Assembly: GCA_026770705.1 (NCBI GenBank)
Contig: JANJGN010000001.1
Coordinates: 142,290,001-142,354,000, forward strand
Reading direction: 5' to 3'
Length of the DNA stretch: 64,000 nt
Source: Isurus oxyrinchus
Lineage: Eukaryota
The notes under the pieces: generated by a model
Seen by the model: the letters and a program-made list of their open reading frames with translations, nothing else
The model's database searches: none
Told to the model about the DNA's origin: nothing
Made by a program: the position numbers and the translations under genes
Shown: piece by piece, positions 60,991-64,000 of the stretch
How positions within the stretch are numbered: the first letter of the stretch is position 1
Layout: each line of letters begins with the position of its first letter

Positions 60991-62789
60991 CCTGTTACTT
61001 GCAAATAAAACCATCCACAGACACAGCGATATTCACCAAGATTCAAAGGAAACCTGGTACACCTGGAATGAAAATTCACTCACACAAGAAACACTGACCA
61101 ACCAATGCAAAGCCTGCCAAACTCAACAGGATGGACTCCTGCTGGTAGCTTTTGTCCAATCGTGTCAATTCTGACAAAGGTTTCCGCACAAAATATTAAC
61201 CTGTGTTTGTTCCTTCTTTCATATATTTCCTGCATTTTCTAGTCCAGAGACTCCTCACAATGGGATCTTGGTGATTAGGCCTGTATGATGCCCTTCATTA
61301 TTGACTCCACTGGACTTTGAGGGGTCAGTGGGAAGTCACCTCATTTGAATGGTGCAAGATGGCGGCAAGCACCCCTATGAGGGTGACTCCAGCAATTGCC
61401 TGTATCATTTGACCAAAAACTCTGGTGCTTTCCTGCCATGGGGAGGGGGATAGTGGCCTAGTCCTCACCCCTGTCCCTTACTCCGCCACTCAAACCCCCA
61501 GCCATGTCTTCCTCGAGTAGGGATTAAAAATAACGCTCCTTTACTTCAGGGGTTCATTGGCCTCGACCCCACCAGCAGGGCCCAAGCATATCCGTCTGCA
61601 AGTTACTCAACTGCCCAGCTTCCAGACATACAACTGGGTCCTGACTGAGCCACTGGATTGGTAATTTCTGATATGGGGTCGAGGGGGGGGAGGGGTCTCC
61701 ATCTCTCAGGTGTAATCTCCACCCACCCATGAGATGCCTCCTGACATCTGGTGCAAGCATGGTTGGCATCTTCACGCAGGATAAGATCCACCTACTGTCT
61801 GTGCCTTTCTGTACTTTTCTCCTAGTTGCCTATTTTCTGCTTTGCTTTGCTGTGAGTTGCAAGGTGTCTTTATTCTGCATTTGAAAGCTTGGTAAAATTA
61901 TTGGTAACAGCATTGCACTTTTACTTCACTTTTGGGGGAGATATCCTGATTCCTCCTCCTCCGTTAGTAGCAAGCCCTGAGAGAGTGTTGGCAACCATGA
62001 TTATGCTTGGCAAAGTACTGCAGTGGTTTGCTATTGCCTTCTGGAGTATGGCTGATCAGGAAGCTCTCCTACTCTTATCACCTGCTGTCAGGTGTATTGG
62101 ACAGAATATAGGCAGATAATTAGCTTGTTTGGCCACATTATGATCACATCTTCTGTGGCCATCAAGTCCTTGAACACGGATCTTCTGACTCTGAGGTAGG
62201 AAAGCTACCCACCGTGACACAAGACCTCATACCCTACTTAGAGGAAATGTTGCCATTGTCACTGTCAGCTTTCACACTGATATTCTCCATAACCAAATTA
62301 TATCAGTGGAAAGATTTTAAAACCTGAAAGGGGGTGTTGGGGGAGGGGGGATGGGTCACATCAGGACTGAACTAAGCATTGCTGTTATATGGCCAGGAGT
62401 TTGCGCTAGATTGTGCTGTCTCTTTTAGCAAGATGTGTTACAAAACCTGCCAAACCAACACAAAAGATCATGGAATCTCAAGTGCATCTTACATCCAGTG
62501 CAAATTGAGTTTTCACAATCTTTTGCACTCATTTAAAAAAAAAACATTGTGCCAGGGGCTGGCCCCTCACACAAAACTGACCTCGTCTCCAGATCAGTTA
62601 ATCACCATGATAGCTTCCACTAATTGTGCCTGTTTCTGGGCCTTTAAGAAGGGTTTCAGACCAAGATGTTAGGGCACAAGGACACTAATTTTGAATATGA
62701 TATTCTTTTTAATTTACTAAGAACCTGACTATGCTGTGTATAATGGTTTCGTATAGGTCTTTTAAAAGTCATTTTCCTTCATTTAAAAG

Positions 62790-64000
62790 CTACAACACTG
62801 GCATCGATCTGGCAATGTGGAAAATTGCCCAGGTATGTCCTGTACACAAAAAGCAGCACAAATTCAACCCAGCTAATTACAGCCCCGTCAGTCTACTCTC
62901 CGTCACCAGTGAAGTGATGGACGGGGTCATCAACAGTGCTATCAAGCGGCACTTGCTTAGCAATAACCTGCTCACTGATACCCAGTTTTGGTGTTATGCT
63001 TCAGTTATACGGGGCATTGGTGAGACTGCACCTCGAATACAGTGCACAGTTTTGGTCTCCTTATTTAAGGAAGGATGTAAATGTGTTGGAGGCGGTTCAG
63101 AGGAGGTTGACTAGATTAATACCTGGAATGAGTGGGTTGTCTTCTAAGAAAATGTTGGACAGACTGGGCTTGTTTCCACAGGAGTTTAGAAGAGTGAGGG
63201 GTGATTTGATTGAAGTATACAAGATCCTGAACGGCCTTGACAAGGTGGACGTGGAAAGGGTCTTTCCTCTTGGGGTGAGTCCAGGACTAGGAGGCACTGT
63301 TTTAAAATTAGGGGTTGCCCTTTTAGGACAGAGATGAGGAGAATTCTTTTCTCTCAGAAGGTTGTGTGACTTTGGAATTCTCTGCCTCAGAAGGTGGTGG
63401 AGGCGGGGTCACTGAATATTTTTAAGGCAGAGGTAGATAGGTTTTTGTTAGGCAAGGCAATCAAAGGTTATTGGGGTTAGATGGGAAATGTGGAAATCGA
63501 AACACAAGAAGATCAACCATGACCTGATTGAATGGGGGAGCAGGCCTGAGGGGCCGAATGGTCTACTCCTGTTCCTAATTCTTATGTTCTTATATTCTGC
63601 CAGGGTTACTCAGTTTCTGACCTCTTTGCAGCCTTGGCTGAAACATGGACAAAAGAGCTGAACTCCAAAAGTGAGGTGAGAGTGACTGCCCTTGACATCA
63701 AGGCCCCATTTGACAGAGTGTGGCATCAAGGAGCCCTAGCAAAACTGAAGCCAATGGGAATCAAGGCAAAAATTCTCTGCTGGTAGGGGTCATACCTTGC
63801 ACGAAGGAAGATGATTGTGGTTGTTGTAGGTCAATCATCTCTGTTCCTGGATATCATTGCAGGAGTTCCTCAGAATAGTGTCCTAGGCCCAACCATCTTT
63901 AGCTGCTTCATCAATAACCTTCCTTCCATCATAAGGTCAGAAGTGGGGATATTTGCTAATGATTGCACAACATTCAGCACAATTCATGACTCCTCATATA
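62790..64000 (+). mobile_element. CR1/L2-clade LINE RT fragment split by a CR1 3' fragment (about 62992-63595)
   Basis: WKIAQVCPVHKK..NPANY.PVSLLS ... then ALDIKA.FDRVWH and GVPQ.SVLGP. Insert LYGALVRLHLEYSAQFWSPYLRKD plus tail. Confidence 0.85.

Overview
This is a repeat-dense vertebrate genomic window. The SINE/LINE/Penelope repertoire looks cartilaginous-fish (shark)-like, which is an inference. The window lies inside a minus-strand delta-type ionotropic glutamate receptor gene (GRID2/GRID2-like). Only two coding exons are present (48020-48215 and 11015-11181, S2 ligand-binding lobe), separated by a 36,838-bp intron. The rest is intronic and filled with CR1/L2/RTE LINE fragments, tRNA-derived SINEs, a hAT-Charlie element with an 8-bp TSD, and PIF/Harbinger-type elements carrying Myb/SANT remnants. 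The most striking content is Penelope-like. Two young, about 98% identical, 5'-truncated RT+GIY-YIG copies have open ORFs, 10-11-bp TSDs and a minimal type-I hammerhead ribozyme with an unusual CUGUCGA core. Two short fold-back (palindromic) hammerhead-tail units are each flanked by their own TSD. A second, older Penelope family carries a different minimal hammerhead. Repeat family assignments come from motif recognition without database searches, and most repeat boundaries are approximate.
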